64,000 bases of DNA from the NCBI GenBank assembly GCA_964651155.1, contig CAZYXB010000007.1, forward strand, positions 40,273 through 104,272, written 5' to 3'. Both the position numbers and the translations under genes were made by a program. Shown one piece after another: positions 18,734 to 28,874 of the stretch. The notes under the pieces were generated by a model. The model saw nothing but the letters and a program-made list of their open reading frames with translations. It searched no databases and was not told where the DNA came from. Numbering within the stretch: the stretch's first letter is position 1; each line of letters starts with the position of its first letter. The DNA comes from an uncultured Acidobacteriota bacterium (GTDB lineage Bacteria; Acidobacteriota; UBA6911).

Positions 18734-19651
18734 CTAACGCATCAGCGTCACCATGACGGCCTTCTGGGCGTGCAGCCGGTTTTCGGCCTGGTGGAACACG
18801 ATCGAATGATCCGAATCGATAATCGAACTGCTGACTTCCTCTCCCCTGTGCGCCGGCAGACAGTGCATGAAGACATAATCGTCCTTTGCCCGTCCCGCAA
18901 CGGCGTCGTTGATCTGGAACGAGCCGAAGGCGGCCTTCCTCTCGGCCATTTCGGATTCGGACCCCATGCTCGTCCAGACGTCGGAATAAAGAACATCCGC
19001 GCCCTCGGCAGCCGCAGAGGGATCATGGTACATTTCGATCTTGGATCCGGTTTCCCTGCCATGATCGTACGCCCATTGAAGGACGCCCCGATCCGGCTCG
19101 TACCCGGCGGGGGATGCTATGGCAAGGTGCGCGCCGAAGCGTACGGCTCCGTATATCAGGGAGTGGGCGACGTTGTTTCCGTCTCCGATATACCCTATCT
19201 TGATTCCGAGCGTTGTTCCCTTCACCTCCCGGATGGTCAAATAATCGGCCAGCGCCTGGCACGGGTGGCAGAAATCGGTAAGACCGTTAATCACAGGGAT
19301 GGAGGCTTCCCGGGCGATGTCTTCAACGATCGTGTGGCTGAAGGTCCGTACCATGATTCCCTGGACCATCCGTTCGAGGGTACGAGCCACATCGCTCACG
19401 GTTTCTCTCCGTCCGAGGCTTATTTCATTCTGCGTCAGGCACAGTGAAAATCCGCCCAGCTGCTGGATGCCTGCGTCGAAAGAGACACGCGTCCGCAAGG
19501 ACGGTTTTTCGAAGATCATGGCAAGCGTTTGGTGGTGCAGAGCCTCACTGTAGTCCGACGGGTTTTTCTTTATGTCCCCAGCCAGATCCAGAAGTTCGTT
19601 CAATGAATCGGAAGACCAGTCCCTGAGCGTGATGAAATCCTTTTTCCCCAT
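18734..19651 (-). CDS. argF: ornithine carbamoyltransferase
   Basis: FEKPSLRTRVSF carbamoyl-phosphate motif, INGLTDFCHPCQALAD, GDGNNVA, DVWTSMG, FMHCLPAHRG, QAENRLH. Confidence 0.95.
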   Translation of the reverse strand: MGKKDFITLRDWSSDSLNELLDLAGDIKKNPSDYSEALHHQTLAMIFEKPSLRTRVSFDAGIQQLGGFSLCLTQNEISLGRRETVSDVARTLERMVQGIMVRTFSHTIVEDIAREASIPVINGLTDFCHPCQALADYLTIREVKGTTLGIKIGYIGDGNNVAHSLIYGAVRFGAHLAIASPAGYEPDRGVLQWAYDHGRETGSKIEMYHDPSAAAEGADVLYSDVWTSMGSESEMAERKAAFGSFQINDAVAGRAKDDYVFMHCLPAHRGEEVSSSIIDSDHSIVFHQAENRLHAQKAVMVTLMR

Positions 19652-19837
19652 CGTGTGCTCCAAAATTGCATACTGTATCGAAAAAGATACCGTCTGGCCA
19701 CTGCTAACATCGACTGCATGGTATTGTAGTACGGAAAGGTTCCGGTGTGCATTATTTCTGCGACCGGTATATGGTATGTCCAGAGGGATGGAACGGGCAT
19801 GTAGGATAGTGTATACATGCGCATTCCACGGGCGAGT

Positions 19838-22216
19838 ATGAACGACAGGACCTACGGCACACTGGAACTCGGGGACTTCCTCACGCTTGCAGCCCGTCAT
19901 GTCCAGACCATTCCCGGGCGGCAGCGCATGCTCCAGCTCCGGCCGTCCGTGTCCCGATCCGATATCCAGCGCGAACTGGACCTGGCGAACGAGTGCGTGG
20001 ATTTTCTGTCCGTCAACGGGAATTTCGGGCTTGCGGGCATCGAGGACCCCGCTCCGATCCTGGCGCATCTTCAGATCGAAGGAACCAGGCTGGAGCCCAA
20101 ACAGATACTTGCCCTTGAAAAGATCCTGTCCACATGCCGCCAGGTGCAGGTCCTGATCCGCAATGCAGAGCCGGTGGACGCCTACCCGAACCTGCGTCGT
20201 ATTGCGGGCGCAATACCGGATACCAAATCGCTGCTTTCGAAGACGGAAGGTAAAATCCTCCCGAACGGCGATATCAGTGACACGGCCAGCGCCAACCTCC
20301 GTCTGATCCGGAAGGAGCTGGCCGACCGGCGGGCACGAATCCACCGGGCACTTGAACAGATCATCCGCACCCGGTCCCAGGCCATGCAGGAGGAGATCAT
20401 TACCTTCCGCAACGAACGGTTTGTCATCCCCGTGCGAACGGACTCGCGCAACCAGGTCCCCGGCGTCGTGCACGGACTCTCTTCCAGCGGGCAGACAACT
20501 TTCATCGAGCCCTTGACCATCATCGAGCAAAACAACGACCTGGTGCGGTTGCATGAAAGGGAAACGGCGGAAATTTCCACAATCCTTCTTGAAGTGTCCG
20601 ATTGGTTCCGCGGCAGCCTCGAGGAGATCCGGAAATCCGTCGAAATAATGACCGCGCTCGATGTCCTTCAAGCGAAGGCTTTATTGGCCCGGGAATTCGA
20701 TTGCATCCGGCCGGTTATTTCCGAAGGCGACATCTACGAATTCCGTGAAGCGAGAAACATCCTCCTCGAACATGCACTGCGTGCCTCCGGGGGGGCGTCC
20801 GTGCCAATATCTTTGAGGCTGACGTCCCGGCAGCCCGCACTGGTCATCAGCGGGCCGAACGCCGGGGGCAAGACCGTTGCGCTCAAGACGATGGGGCTGG
20901 TGTCGCTCATGGCGCAAATGGGATTCCTGATACCGGTGCAGGAAGCGTCCCTGCCGGTTTTCAATCAGATATTCGCCGATATCGGCGACCAGCAGTCCAT
21001 GGCGGCCAACCTTTCCACCTTTACGGCGCATATGCGCAACATCGCTGAGATGGACGTCCATATGCATCCCCCTTCCCTTGTGCTCCTGGATGAAGTCGGT
21101 ACCGGTACGGACCCCGATGAAGGCGCAGCCCTGGCAATAGCCGTCATCGACCATTTTAGAGGCGTCGGTGCCATGGTCGCGGCTTCCACCCATTATCCGC
21201 GGCTGAAAATGTGGGCCTCGCAGACCGAAGGTGTTCAGAATGCCTCCGTCGAGTTCGACGATAACACCCTGCGGCCGACCTACCGACTCATGCTGGGCAC
21301 GGCCGGCTCATCCTCGGGCATCGAGATTGCGCGACGCATGCGGATCCCGGAGGGGATTCTCCTGGCGGCGCAGTCCCTCGTCGACCCAGGCTACGCACAG
21401 GTCCGTGCATATCTGAAACAGCTCAAGGAGACACTGGACGCGCAGGAAGCCCTGCGCGCCGTCCTGGATTCCGAAAGGGCCGCAATCGCCGGAAAATACG
21501 CCGAACTGGAAAAGGAATTCGATGCACGCGACAAAACGCGGGTCGAGGAGTTCCATTCGAAACTGGATCGCGTTATCCGGGAGTTCCAGACTGAAAGCGA
21601 TCTCGCGGCGCGCAAGATCACGGACCGCATTGAGTCCTTGCGCCTGAAAAAAGCAATCGATGGGGAGTCCGCGGCCCTGCGCCGCAAGGCCATGCGGTTG
21701 GAAGGGGTTCCGGACCGGGCCGAAAACCGGGCATCGGTGGATGCACCGCAGGCGGATGCGGAAATCCAGGAGGGCGACTCTGTCCGGATCCTTTCCCTGG
21801 GCCGCGAAGGTACGGTGGATTCGCTATCGGGAGATTCCGCTGTTGTCGCCATCGGGGCCATTCGGTATCACGCCCCCACGACCGACCTGAAAAGGACAGG
21901 CACCGTCCGGCCTCCGGACGGGATGCAACCGGCAGATGCCGCGGCGTTCCTTGACCTGTCCGATGACCGTGCCGGCAGCCAGTTGAACGTCATCGGCATG
22001 AAGGTGGACGAGGCGACGGCCCGAGTCGACAAATACCTGGACAGCTGCTATCTCGAGGGCGCCGAGACGGTCCGCATTATTCACGGTCACGGCAAGGGCA
22101 TACTGCGGCGAGTCATTGCCGAACTGCTTCGCGACCATCCGCAGGTACAGAGATTTTATCCTGCCCCGCCCGGAGAAGGTGGCGGCGGCGCGACCATCGT
22201 CGAATTGAAAAAATAG
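19838..22216 (+). CDS. mutS2: MutS2 endonuclease / ribosome-rescue ATPase with C-terminal Smr domain
   Basis: VHGLSSSGQTTFIEP, ISGPNAGGKT, IGDQQS...LSTFTAH, LLDEVGTGTDPDEGAALA, NASVEFD, IIHGHGKG Smr; start could also be 19817. Confidence 0.95.
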   Translation: MNDRTYGTLELGDFLTLAARHVQTIPGRQRMLQLRPSVSRSDIQRELDLANECVDFLSVNGNFGLAGIEDPAPILAHLQIEGTRLEPKQILALEKILSTCRQVQVLIRNAEPVDAYPNLRRIAGAIPDTKSLLSKTEGKILPNGDISDTASANLRLIRKELADRRARIHRALEQIIRTRSQAMQEEIITFRNERFVIPVRTDSRNQVPGVVHGLSSSGQTTFIEPLTIIEQNNDLVRLHERETAEISTILLEVSDWFRGSLEEIRKSVEIMTALDVLQAKALLAREFDCIRPVISEGDIYEFREARNILLEHALRASGGASVPISLRLTSRQPALVISGPNAGGKTVALKTMGLVSLMAQMGFLIPVQEASLPVFNQIFADIGDQQSMAANLSTFTAHMRNIAEMDVHMHPPSLVLLDEVGTGTDPDEGAALAIAVIDHFRGVGAMVAASTHYPRLKMWASQTEGVQNASVEFDDNTLRPTYRLMLGTAGSSSGIEIARRMRIPEGILLAAQSLVDPGYAQVRAYLKQLKETLDAQEALRAVLDSERAAIAGKYAELEKEFDARDKTRVEEFHSKLDRVIREFQTESDLAARKITDRIESLRLKKAIDGESAALRRKAMRLEGVPDRAENRASVDAPQADAEIQEGDSVRILSLGREGTVDSLSGDSAVVAIGAIRYHAPTTDLKRTGTVRPPDGMQPADAAAFLDLSDDRAGSQLNVIGMKVDEATARVDKYLDSCYLEGAETVRIIHGHGKGILRRVIAELLRDHPQVQRFYPAPPGEGGGGATIVELKK

Positions 22217-23349
22217 TCTTCCAGGCGGGGGATGAGGAATTGGAAAAGGATGTCGGCGGCCAGCATGTTGCCGGATCGATTCCAATGGGTGTCCCGTTTC
22301 AGGTACAGCGGTTCTTGCTCCCCTTTCACCCTGAAGGCATCAAGGAAATCGATATAGGTAATGTTGCAGGAATCCAAATGTTCCCGTAACAGCCGCTGCG
22401 CCAACTCCGTTTCGTACTGGTCCCTCTGTAATCCGTAGGTCCGGAATAGCTGGGACAACAGGTTCTCGTTCACCTGAAACTCGTCGGGGAATATGGCGAC
22501 CACGAGCCCGGCGCCGACATTGTCGAGCCGCAGTTTCATCTGGGAAAACGTCTCCAGGATATAGTCGATATTTGCAGCATACTTTCCTGCATGGTAGGAA
22601 GGTAGATGGCAGAAATCCAGACGATATTTTTCTATTTCCAGAAATACCTTTTCCTCGAATGTGCCCGTATCGGAGCCAGTCGCCCCGCCCTGCGCGACCG
22701 GAGAATCCTGCGCATGGCCCTTTTCGATACTCCTCCACACCACCAGCCTTTGTTTGATGAAGTGCCACAACCGGGATTTGAAAACGATCGGATAGCCCAT
22801 TGCGCGCAGTTCGTATCTTCGATCAATATCGTAATACGTGTCGTTGATGACGATACGCTTGCGGTTGGGATCCGCATCGATAAAATCGTTCCCGGCGAAG
22901 AATCCGACCACCACCAGATCCGGGCTGTATTGCAGCCCGAACTTTTGCAGTATGGCCAACTGCTCTCCGGTATGGGTCATAGGGTACCCGGCGTTGATGA
23001 CATCGACACGGTGGCTGCCGAAGTGGGCCTCCATTGCATCTTCAAGAAGCGCGGTGTAGTTCTCCTCCCTGCCGCCGGCCCAATTGAAGGAATCCCCAAT
23101 GACGAGGATGCGGTAGACGCCTTCCTCCTTATCGATCCCGTAGTCCCGGTCGTTGAATCCGAAACGGTTTGTTCCCTGGGAGTATGGCCGGACGCTGAAA
23201 CCCAAGTCGGGATCGTACTGATACAGGCCGACGGACATGTACGGTTCGGCCACTATCATCGCGAGCTCGAGCACCAACAGGCACAGACTTATGGCGCATC
23301 CCGCGAAGGCCACTTTTTTGAAAACCGTTTTCATTTGCTGGCGTTTCAA
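22156..23349 (-). CDS. membrane-anchored SGNH/GDSL hydrolase-family protein
   Basis: N-terminal TM; RILVIGDSF (block I Ser), INAGY, FFAGNDF, DTHWNRSG (block V D-x-H). Confidence 0.75.
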   Translation of the reverse strand: MKRQQMKTVFKKVAFAGCAISLCLLVLELAMIVAEPYMSVGLYQYDPDLGFSVRPYSQGTNRFGFNDRDYGIDKEEGVYRILVIGDSFNWAGGREENYTALLEDAMEAHFGSHRVDVINAGYPMTHTGEQLAILQKFGLQYSPDLVVVGFFAGNDFIDADPNRKRIVINDTYYDIDRRYELRAMGYPIVFKSRLWHFIKQRLVVWRSIEKGHAQDSPVAQGGATGSDTGTFEEKVFLEIEKYRLDFCHLPSYHAGKYAANIDYILETFSQMKLRLDNVGAGLVVAIFPDEFQVNENLLSQLFRTYGLQRDQYETELAQRLLREHLDSCNITYIDFLDAFRVKGEQEPLYLKRDTHWNRSGNMLAADILFQFLIPRLEDYFFNSTMVAPPPPSPGGAG

Positions 23350-23675
23350 TTGTCCGTACCCTGAAGCCCTTCCCTCCGCGGCCGCCCCTCGGGCCCCCCT
23401 GCAGAGTCAGGCGATGCGTGCCGTTCTCGCCTTCATTCCCCGAAGGTGCCGGGATAGTCCGCGGGCAGAGTCCCAACGCGTGCTCCCCTTCGGTCGATAG
23501 TCATGATTTCAGAACGAATGTGCCAGCGGCTGGCCTGTGGACTCCCGATATTCGATTCTCCGGGATGCCGGAAAATGGCGCCCGGCGGCCCGCCGCCGCG
23601 GGGATGGATAGGCCGCCGGGCCGATGACAACCGACCCCCTGCATCCCGTCCGAAGGCGGGTTCAGCCAGGGCTGT

Positions 23676-23711
23676 TGTCGCTGCGCGGCGGGATGCGGCC
23701 GCGCAGCGACA
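23676..23711. repeat. perfect 14-bp inverted repeat (hairpin, 8-nt loop)
   Basis: TGTCGCTGCGCGGC (23676-23689) / GCCGCGCAGCGACA (23698-23711); no U-tract on either strand. Confidence 0.7.
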
Positions 23712-23814
23712 GTCTAAGCAACCGGCCCGTCATCATGCCATTCGGGGTGCATTCCGACCGTCCTTCAATGCAAGCCTCCCGGCGACGCGATCCCGGGCGC
23801 CTCCTTGAAATCCT

Positions 23815-25071
23815 CTACCGTATTTTGGCCATGCATGCGGCAATGATGCCGATCAACGACAGCGGGATCATGACATACCCGGCCGTCGGCCAGCTCGCGG
23901 TCTCCAGCAAGTATCCGAACAGGACCGGGCCGATGAACATCCCCAGGTTCTGGCCCAGGGCGGCGACGCCCATGCCGATTCCGATCGTCTGAGGCGAAGG
24001 CATCGTTTCGGGCACCGCTGCAAGAATGATAGGAGAGATGGGCCCCATCATGAGGCCCATGACGATCAGGTACAACTGGATCATACCCGCCCCTTCAATG
24101 CTGAATGGGAAGAAGAACAGTAGCGCAATTACGGCAAACGGGACGGCGATCATGATTTTCCGCGACTTCAGCTTGTCGGAAATATAGCTCCCCAATGGCG
24201 CGGAAAAAATGGCGACAAGCATCAGAAGGGCGGCGGTCCTTGAAGCACTTTCCTTGGTATAGGACCGAATCACCTCGAGATAGACCGGGTAGAAGGTGTT
24301 GATCGCCATAATGACCAGGTTGAGGCAGAGAAACGATATGCTCAGGAGCCAAAGGTTTCGATTGGCCATGGCCTTCACCAGGCTGGGCCGGGCCTCCTGG
24401 GCGCTTCCGGTTCCCGCCGGTTCCGGAACCTCCGGGGCTTCCCCCTTCTTGGGTAGCCGGAAAAATATTGCGAAAATCAGAAATGCGATAGCCGAAAACA
24501 ACGCGGCCGCCCACCATACGTGTTCCCAGTGGTACACCTGCAGCGGATCGGACATAGACGGTGCGGCAAGCCTGGGGGCCAGATAAAACATGGCGGTATT
24601 GCCCACTCCGATGCAACTGGCCCACAATCCCATGGGCAGACCGCGTTTGTCCGCGGGGAACCAAAGAGAGATTGCCAGGGGCGCCGATACCATGATCAAC
24701 CCCATTCCAGCGCCTTCAATGAACCGGCCGATGAACAAAAGCACAACTGTTTCGGAGACGGCGCCCAGACCGGCGCCGATAGCCAGCGCTGCAACGGCGC
24801 CGAGAACCGTCGCCTTGATCCCGAACCGCCTCAGGATAAAGCCTGCCGGAATCGCCAGGACAAACCCCATAATCGAGAAAACCGACATCAGGTAGCCCTG
24901 GGCACTTTGACTCAGATTAAAAACAGGCTGTAGAGTCGTTAACATCGGCGGCACTTTAAACAGGTTCAATGGTGCCGCAAGGCTTGCCAGATAGATTGCA
25001 AGAAGCACTATCCATGCGTATGCGGGTGTTTTGAAGGTTTCTTTCTGCATTGCTGCGGATTGCTGATTCAT
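23815..25071 (-). CDS. MFS transporter
   Basis: About 12 hydrophobic segments; GFILRRFGIK loop motif, GRFIEGAG, SDKLKSRK repeat motif; GGAGG RBS. Confidence 0.9.
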   Translation of the reverse strand: MNQQSAAMQKETFKTPAYAWIVLLAIYLASLAAPLNLFKVPPMLTTLQPVFNLSQSAQGYLMSVFSIMGFVLAIPAGFILRRFGIKATVLGAVAALAIGAGLGAVSETVVLLFIGRFIEGAGMGLIMVSAPLAISLWFPADKRGLPMGLWASCIGVGNTAMFYLAPRLAAPSMSDPLQVYHWEHVWWAAALFSAIAFLIFAIFFRLPKKGEAPEVPEPAGTGSAQEARPSLVKAMANRNLWLLSISFLCLNLVIMAINTFYPVYLEVIRSYTKESASRTAALLMLVAIFSAPLGSYISDKLKSRKIMIAVPFAVIALLFFFPFSIEGAGMIQLYLIVMGLMMGPISPIILAAVPETMPSPQTIGIGMGVAALGQNLGMFIGPVLFGYLLETASWPTAGYVMIPLSLIGIIAACMAKIR

Positions 25072-25185
25072 CGGACCTCCTCGTCTACGGTATTCATTCC
25101 GAATGACATACGAAAACAGCTCGAACGGTTGTTGCGACCCTACACTTTCTGACAATCCGGCCTGCCAGGCATTTGGAGTACTGAT

Positions 25186-25214
25186 ACAATATTCAATAGC
25201 CCTTTTTAAGTCAA
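25186..25214 (-). promoter_or_regulatory. putative sigma70 promoter of the MFS gene
   Basis: Minus strand TTGACT, 17 nt, TATTGT in an AT-rich patch. Confidence 0.5.
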
Positions 25215-25489
25215 ACGCATATATCGAGAATAACCGAGGTCCGCCGCCGGCTGGAACGCCAGGATCCCCGTGCGGGGGGGGTAGCCCGTCGGTACACCGA
25301 TGGTGAAACCCACAATGTTTCCGCATCCGCCCGCACGGATGCAGGAGGAAGGCACCCTGAAATACAGCGGGACTTCTCGGTTTTCCGGCGGATGCCGAGG
25401 AGCATTCCCCCTGCCCAGGCCGGCAACGGTTCGGACCCGCGAGGATACGCGCTGGGGTACAGTTCTCTACAGTGCCCGGATCCGGATCC

Positions 25490-26539
25490 CTAGCTCCATC
25501 TCCCGGGAATTTTGGACCCGCAATACGGGCATAGACCCTGTGCGGTCATATCGCATCGAAGAACTCGGAAGCCGTTGCGCTCAACGAGCAGCCCCCCGCA
25601 GTCCGGGCAGCGGGTATTTTCCAGGTCCCCGGTATCCCCGGGCAGGTTCCCGGCATAAATGTAGCGAAGCCCTATTTCCCGCCCTAGGCCCACCGCGCGC
25701 GTCAGATCTTCGGGAGCCGTGTCGCGCACCCCCGTCATCCGGTAATTTTTACGGAATGCAGTGACATGCCACGGGATATCGGGCGACACGCCCCGGACAA
25801 ATTCCGTCAGTTTGCGGATCTCTTCCGCGGAGTCGTTGAATCCTGGAACCAGTAAAGTGACGATCTCCACCCATACCCCCCTGGCATGGAGCCACACAAT
25901 TGTATCCAGAACCGGCTGCAACCGTCCGCCCAGGCGCCGGTACCGGGCGGCGTCGAAGCATTTCAGATCGATGTTGAAAGCATCCACCCACGGCAGCAGA
26001 TACTCCAGGGCCTCAGGAGTGCCGCAGCCGTTGGAAACATATGCCGTCATCAGTCCGGCGGATTTCGCTTCCCGGAACACGGCCACGGCCCATTCGCTTG
26101 TGATCAGGGGCTCGTTGTAGGTGCTCACGACATAATCCGCGCCATGTTCGCGGGCCGCCCTTACTATCTCCTCCGGAGACGCCTGCAGAAAATACGGCAC
26201 GGATGCCTGCTCGCGCGGCACCTGAGACGTCCTCCAGTTCTGGCAGAACATGCAGTGAAAATTGCAGCCCAGCATGCCGAAGCTCATGGCCGTTGCTCCC
26301 GGCCTCACATGGAAGAAGGGTTTTTTTTCAATCGGGTCGCACTGAATACCCGACACGTATCCAAACGGGACCTGAAGGATGCCGTCCCGGTTGAATCGGA
26401 CCCTGCAGTTGCCCGACTGTCCTGGAGGAATGCTGCAGCGGTGACCGCAGGCTACACAGCACACGCTTCCGTCGTCCTGCTTTTCGAACAGGTAGCCCGG
26501 TGCCGTATACCGTTCGAGTAGCTTTTGCGTGGATTCCAT
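25490..26539 (-). CDS. amrS: AmmeMemoRadiSam-system radical SAM enzyme
   Basis: CVACGHRC...CRVRFN N-terminus, DPIEKKPFFH, GCNFHCMFCQNW, STYNEP, IDLK, PWHVTAF, YIYAGN, TRCPDCG. Confidence 0.9.
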   Translation of the reverse strand: MESTQKLLERYTAPGYLFEKQDDGSVCCVACGHRCSIPPGQSGNCRVRFNRDGILQVPFGYVSGIQCDPIEKKPFFHVRPGATAMSFGMLGCNFHCMFCQNWRTSQVPREQASVPYFLQASPEEIVRAAREHGADYVVSTYNEPLITSEWAVAVFREAKSAGLMTAYVSNGCGTPEALEYLLPWVDAFNIDLKCFDAARYRRLGGRLQPVLDTIVWLHARGVWVEIVTLLVPGFNDSAEEIRKLTEFVRGVSPDIPWHVTAFRKNYRMTGVRDTAPEDLTRAVGLGREIGLRYIYAGNLPGDTGDLENTRCPDCGGLLVERNGFRVLRCDMTAQGLCPYCGSKIPGRWS

Positions 26540-27191
26540 AATGTACGTTCCAGGGTCCCCGACCCGGAAAACTCACGCCGACATGTTCTTACACGATGAT
26601 AGTTTCACTGTAGCATACATTTTAATAAAGGGGGTCTGCAATCAGGCGGGCATCCTGCCCCCAAAATGCCATAGGCGCAAGTTCTCCGGCATCCGGTCCC
26701 GCCGATTCGGAATCACCCCCTTTCATGCAGGAAATATCGGCAGACATCCAACTGGTTCTGGCCGACCGGCACATTCCGAAGGAAGACCTGTTGAAGGGAT
26801 CCGATAGAGTGGGAAGACCGGCGACGCGCTCTATCGGCAGGGCGAAGAAACCGTAGGGCGACCTCAGGAGGCCGTTCTCCGGAAGCACATGCGCGTGCGG
26901 GCGGGGCTCTGATCCGTCGTCCGCAGCGCCATGCCCACCGGCAGCGTTCGGGCACAATCCCCGCCTCCAGATCCGTGCCCGTTTTCAAAACGGTTCGTTT
27001 TGCCGCACGGCCATAGACATCAACGGATGCATGCGGTATCGGCGCCCGTCAATGCCCGCACCATCTTCGTCGTATTTCAAAACGGCACCGCCGGGTATAA
27101 TACGGATTTCCGGCCTTCGATAGGCCGTGATTGGCGAACCGGGGGCAACCTATGTGCCCCCATGAACAAGGAATCTTGTGCAGGAAAGCCG

Positions 27192-28016
27192 ATGGAACAA
27201 TTGACGGATTGGAATGCGCTCTGGCGCGAACTGGTACGGCTCAGGATCGAAAGCCGCGGAGACAAAGGAACGATCGATGCCTGGCACGCGAGGGCATCGG
27301 ACTTCAAAAAAAGCGTACGCCTCCGCTGGAAGAAACCCGACTCCAGCCGGAATTTCATCCTTTCAAAAGTCAGGGCGGATTCGACGGTCCTCGACATCGG
27401 GGCCGGAACAGGCGCATGGGCGGAATGGCTTGCGCCTCATGTACGGAAAATCACGGCCGTGGAGCCATCCCCGTCCATGATCGCCGTCATGCGCCAGAGC
27501 CTTGACGAGGGAACGATCGAAAACGTCGACATCGTGCAGGGATCCTGGCCGGACGTATCCGTGGATGTGCACGATTTCTCCCTGTGTTCGCATGCCATGT
27601 ACGATTGTCCCGATCTGCCTGCCTTCATCCGAAAGATGGAAGCCTGCACTTCGGACACATGTTTTCTGCTGCTCCGCGTACCGACCCTCAGCGGTGTCCG
27701 ATCCGAGGCCGCGCGGCACATCTGGGGCCAGCCGCTGGACAGCCCGAATTTTACGATTGCCTATAATATCCTGCTGCAGATGGAAATCGGCGCCAATGTC
27801 CTCATGGAAGACACGGGTCTGTGGCGCGCCCGTACCAGCGAAAGCCTTGAAGAGGCACTGCACAGCATGAAGAAGTTTCTGGGATTGAATACGGACGGCG
27901 AACACGACCACTATCTGCGGCAGCTGTTGCAGCGAAGGCTCAGGTTTCAAAACGGGCGTTACGAGTGGCCGCAGGAAGTGCGGTCGGCCCTGGTATATTG
28001 GCACCCGGAGCCGTAG
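27192..28016 (+). CDS. class I SAM-dependent methyltransferase
   Basis: TVLDIGAGTGAW motif I, TAVEPSPSM motif II, HDFSLCSHAM; AGGAAAG upstream. Confidence 0.85.
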   Translation: MEQLTDWNALWRELVRLRIESRGDKGTIDAWHARASDFKKSVRLRWKKPDSSRNFILSKVRADSTVLDIGAGTGAWAEWLAPHVRKITAVEPSPSMIAVMRQSLDEGTIENVDIVQGSWPDVSVDVHDFSLCSHAMYDCPDLPAFIRKMEACTSDTCFLLLRVPTLSGVRSEAARHIWGQPLDSPNFTIAYNILLQMEIGANVLMEDTGLWRARTSESLEEALHSMKKFLGLNTDGEHDHYLRQLLQRRLRFQNGRYEWPQEVRSALVYWHPEP

Positions 28017-28115
28017 CCGGCCGATTGCTTCCCGTCATCGCGGGATCGGTTTCTGGGTTTTCCCGCAACGGGCCTGTCGCTGCTGGCCCCGGCTATCTCA
28101 CAGGAGAATGGACCC

Positions 28116-28874
28116 ATGGCGGATCTGAAACGGATCGTTGAGTTACTCGATCGCGAGATGCGGATTGAGGACTACCCCGACGCATCGCACAACGGGCTGC
28201 AGGTGGAAAACAGGGGCCGGATCACAAAGGTCTGCTGCGGCGTCGATGCCTCGATGGAATTTTTCGAAAAGGCCCGTGCCCGAGGCGCCGACATGGTCCT
28301 CTGCCACCACGGTATCAGCTGGGGGGATTCCCTGAAACGGATCACCGGACTGCACTATCGGCGCCTGTCCTTCCTCATCGGAAACAACATCGCGTTGTAT
28401 GCCTGTCATATACCGCTCGATGCCCATTCCCGTATGGGAAACAATGCCCTGCTCTGCAGAGCGCTCGGCATTAGCGGCAGAAAGAGGTTCGGCGACTACC
28501 GGGGCAAACCGATCGGCTACCATGGCCAACTGCGGCGCAGCGAGAAAATTTCGCAGTTTCGAAAAAGGGTGGAGGGCGTTCTCGGGCGCGAGGTGCGAAG
28601 CCTGGAGTTCGGCACCAAAACGGTTCATAAGGTGGGCGTCGTATCCGGGGGGGGATCGGACTGGATCGAAGAGGCTGCTCGACTAGGCCTGGACGCATTC
28701 CTCACGGGAGAAGCGACGCTCGAGGGGTACAACCTGGCCAGAGACTGCGGCATCAACGTCATTTTCGGGGGGCATTACGCAACGGAATCATTCGGCGTCC
28801 GGGCCCTGGGGTCCGCACTGGAGAGGGCGTTTTCAGTCCAATCGGAGTTTGTCGATATGGAACTGGACCTGTAG
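28116..28874 (+). CDS. Nif3/YbgI-like dinuclear metal-centre protein
   Basis: DASHNGLQVE, GVDAS, LCHHG, YACHIPLDAH, VVSGGG, FLTGE, GGHYATESFG. Confidence 0.92.
   Translation: MADLKRIVELLDREMRIEDYPDASHNGLQVENRGRITKVCCGVDASMEFFEKARARGADMVLCHHGISWGDSLKRITGLHYRRLSFLIGNNIALYACHIPLDAHSRMGNNALLCRALGISGRKRFGDYRGKPIGYHGQLRRSEKISQFRKRVEGVLGREVRSLEFGTKTVHKVGVVSGGGSDWIEEAARLGLDAFLTGEATLEGYNLARDCGINVIFGGHYATESFGVRALGSALERAFSVQSEFVDMELDL

Noticed and set aside
19660-19820. ARG box upstream of argF; GCATGTA/TACATGC repeat before mutS2
   Set aside because: Only a half-match to the ArgR consensus; a 7-bp repeat is within chance expectation.
19652-20671. 340-aa N-terminal extension of ArgF in the ORF track
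   Set aside because: It is mostly antisense to mutS2; the family N-terminus and RBS point to ATG 19651.
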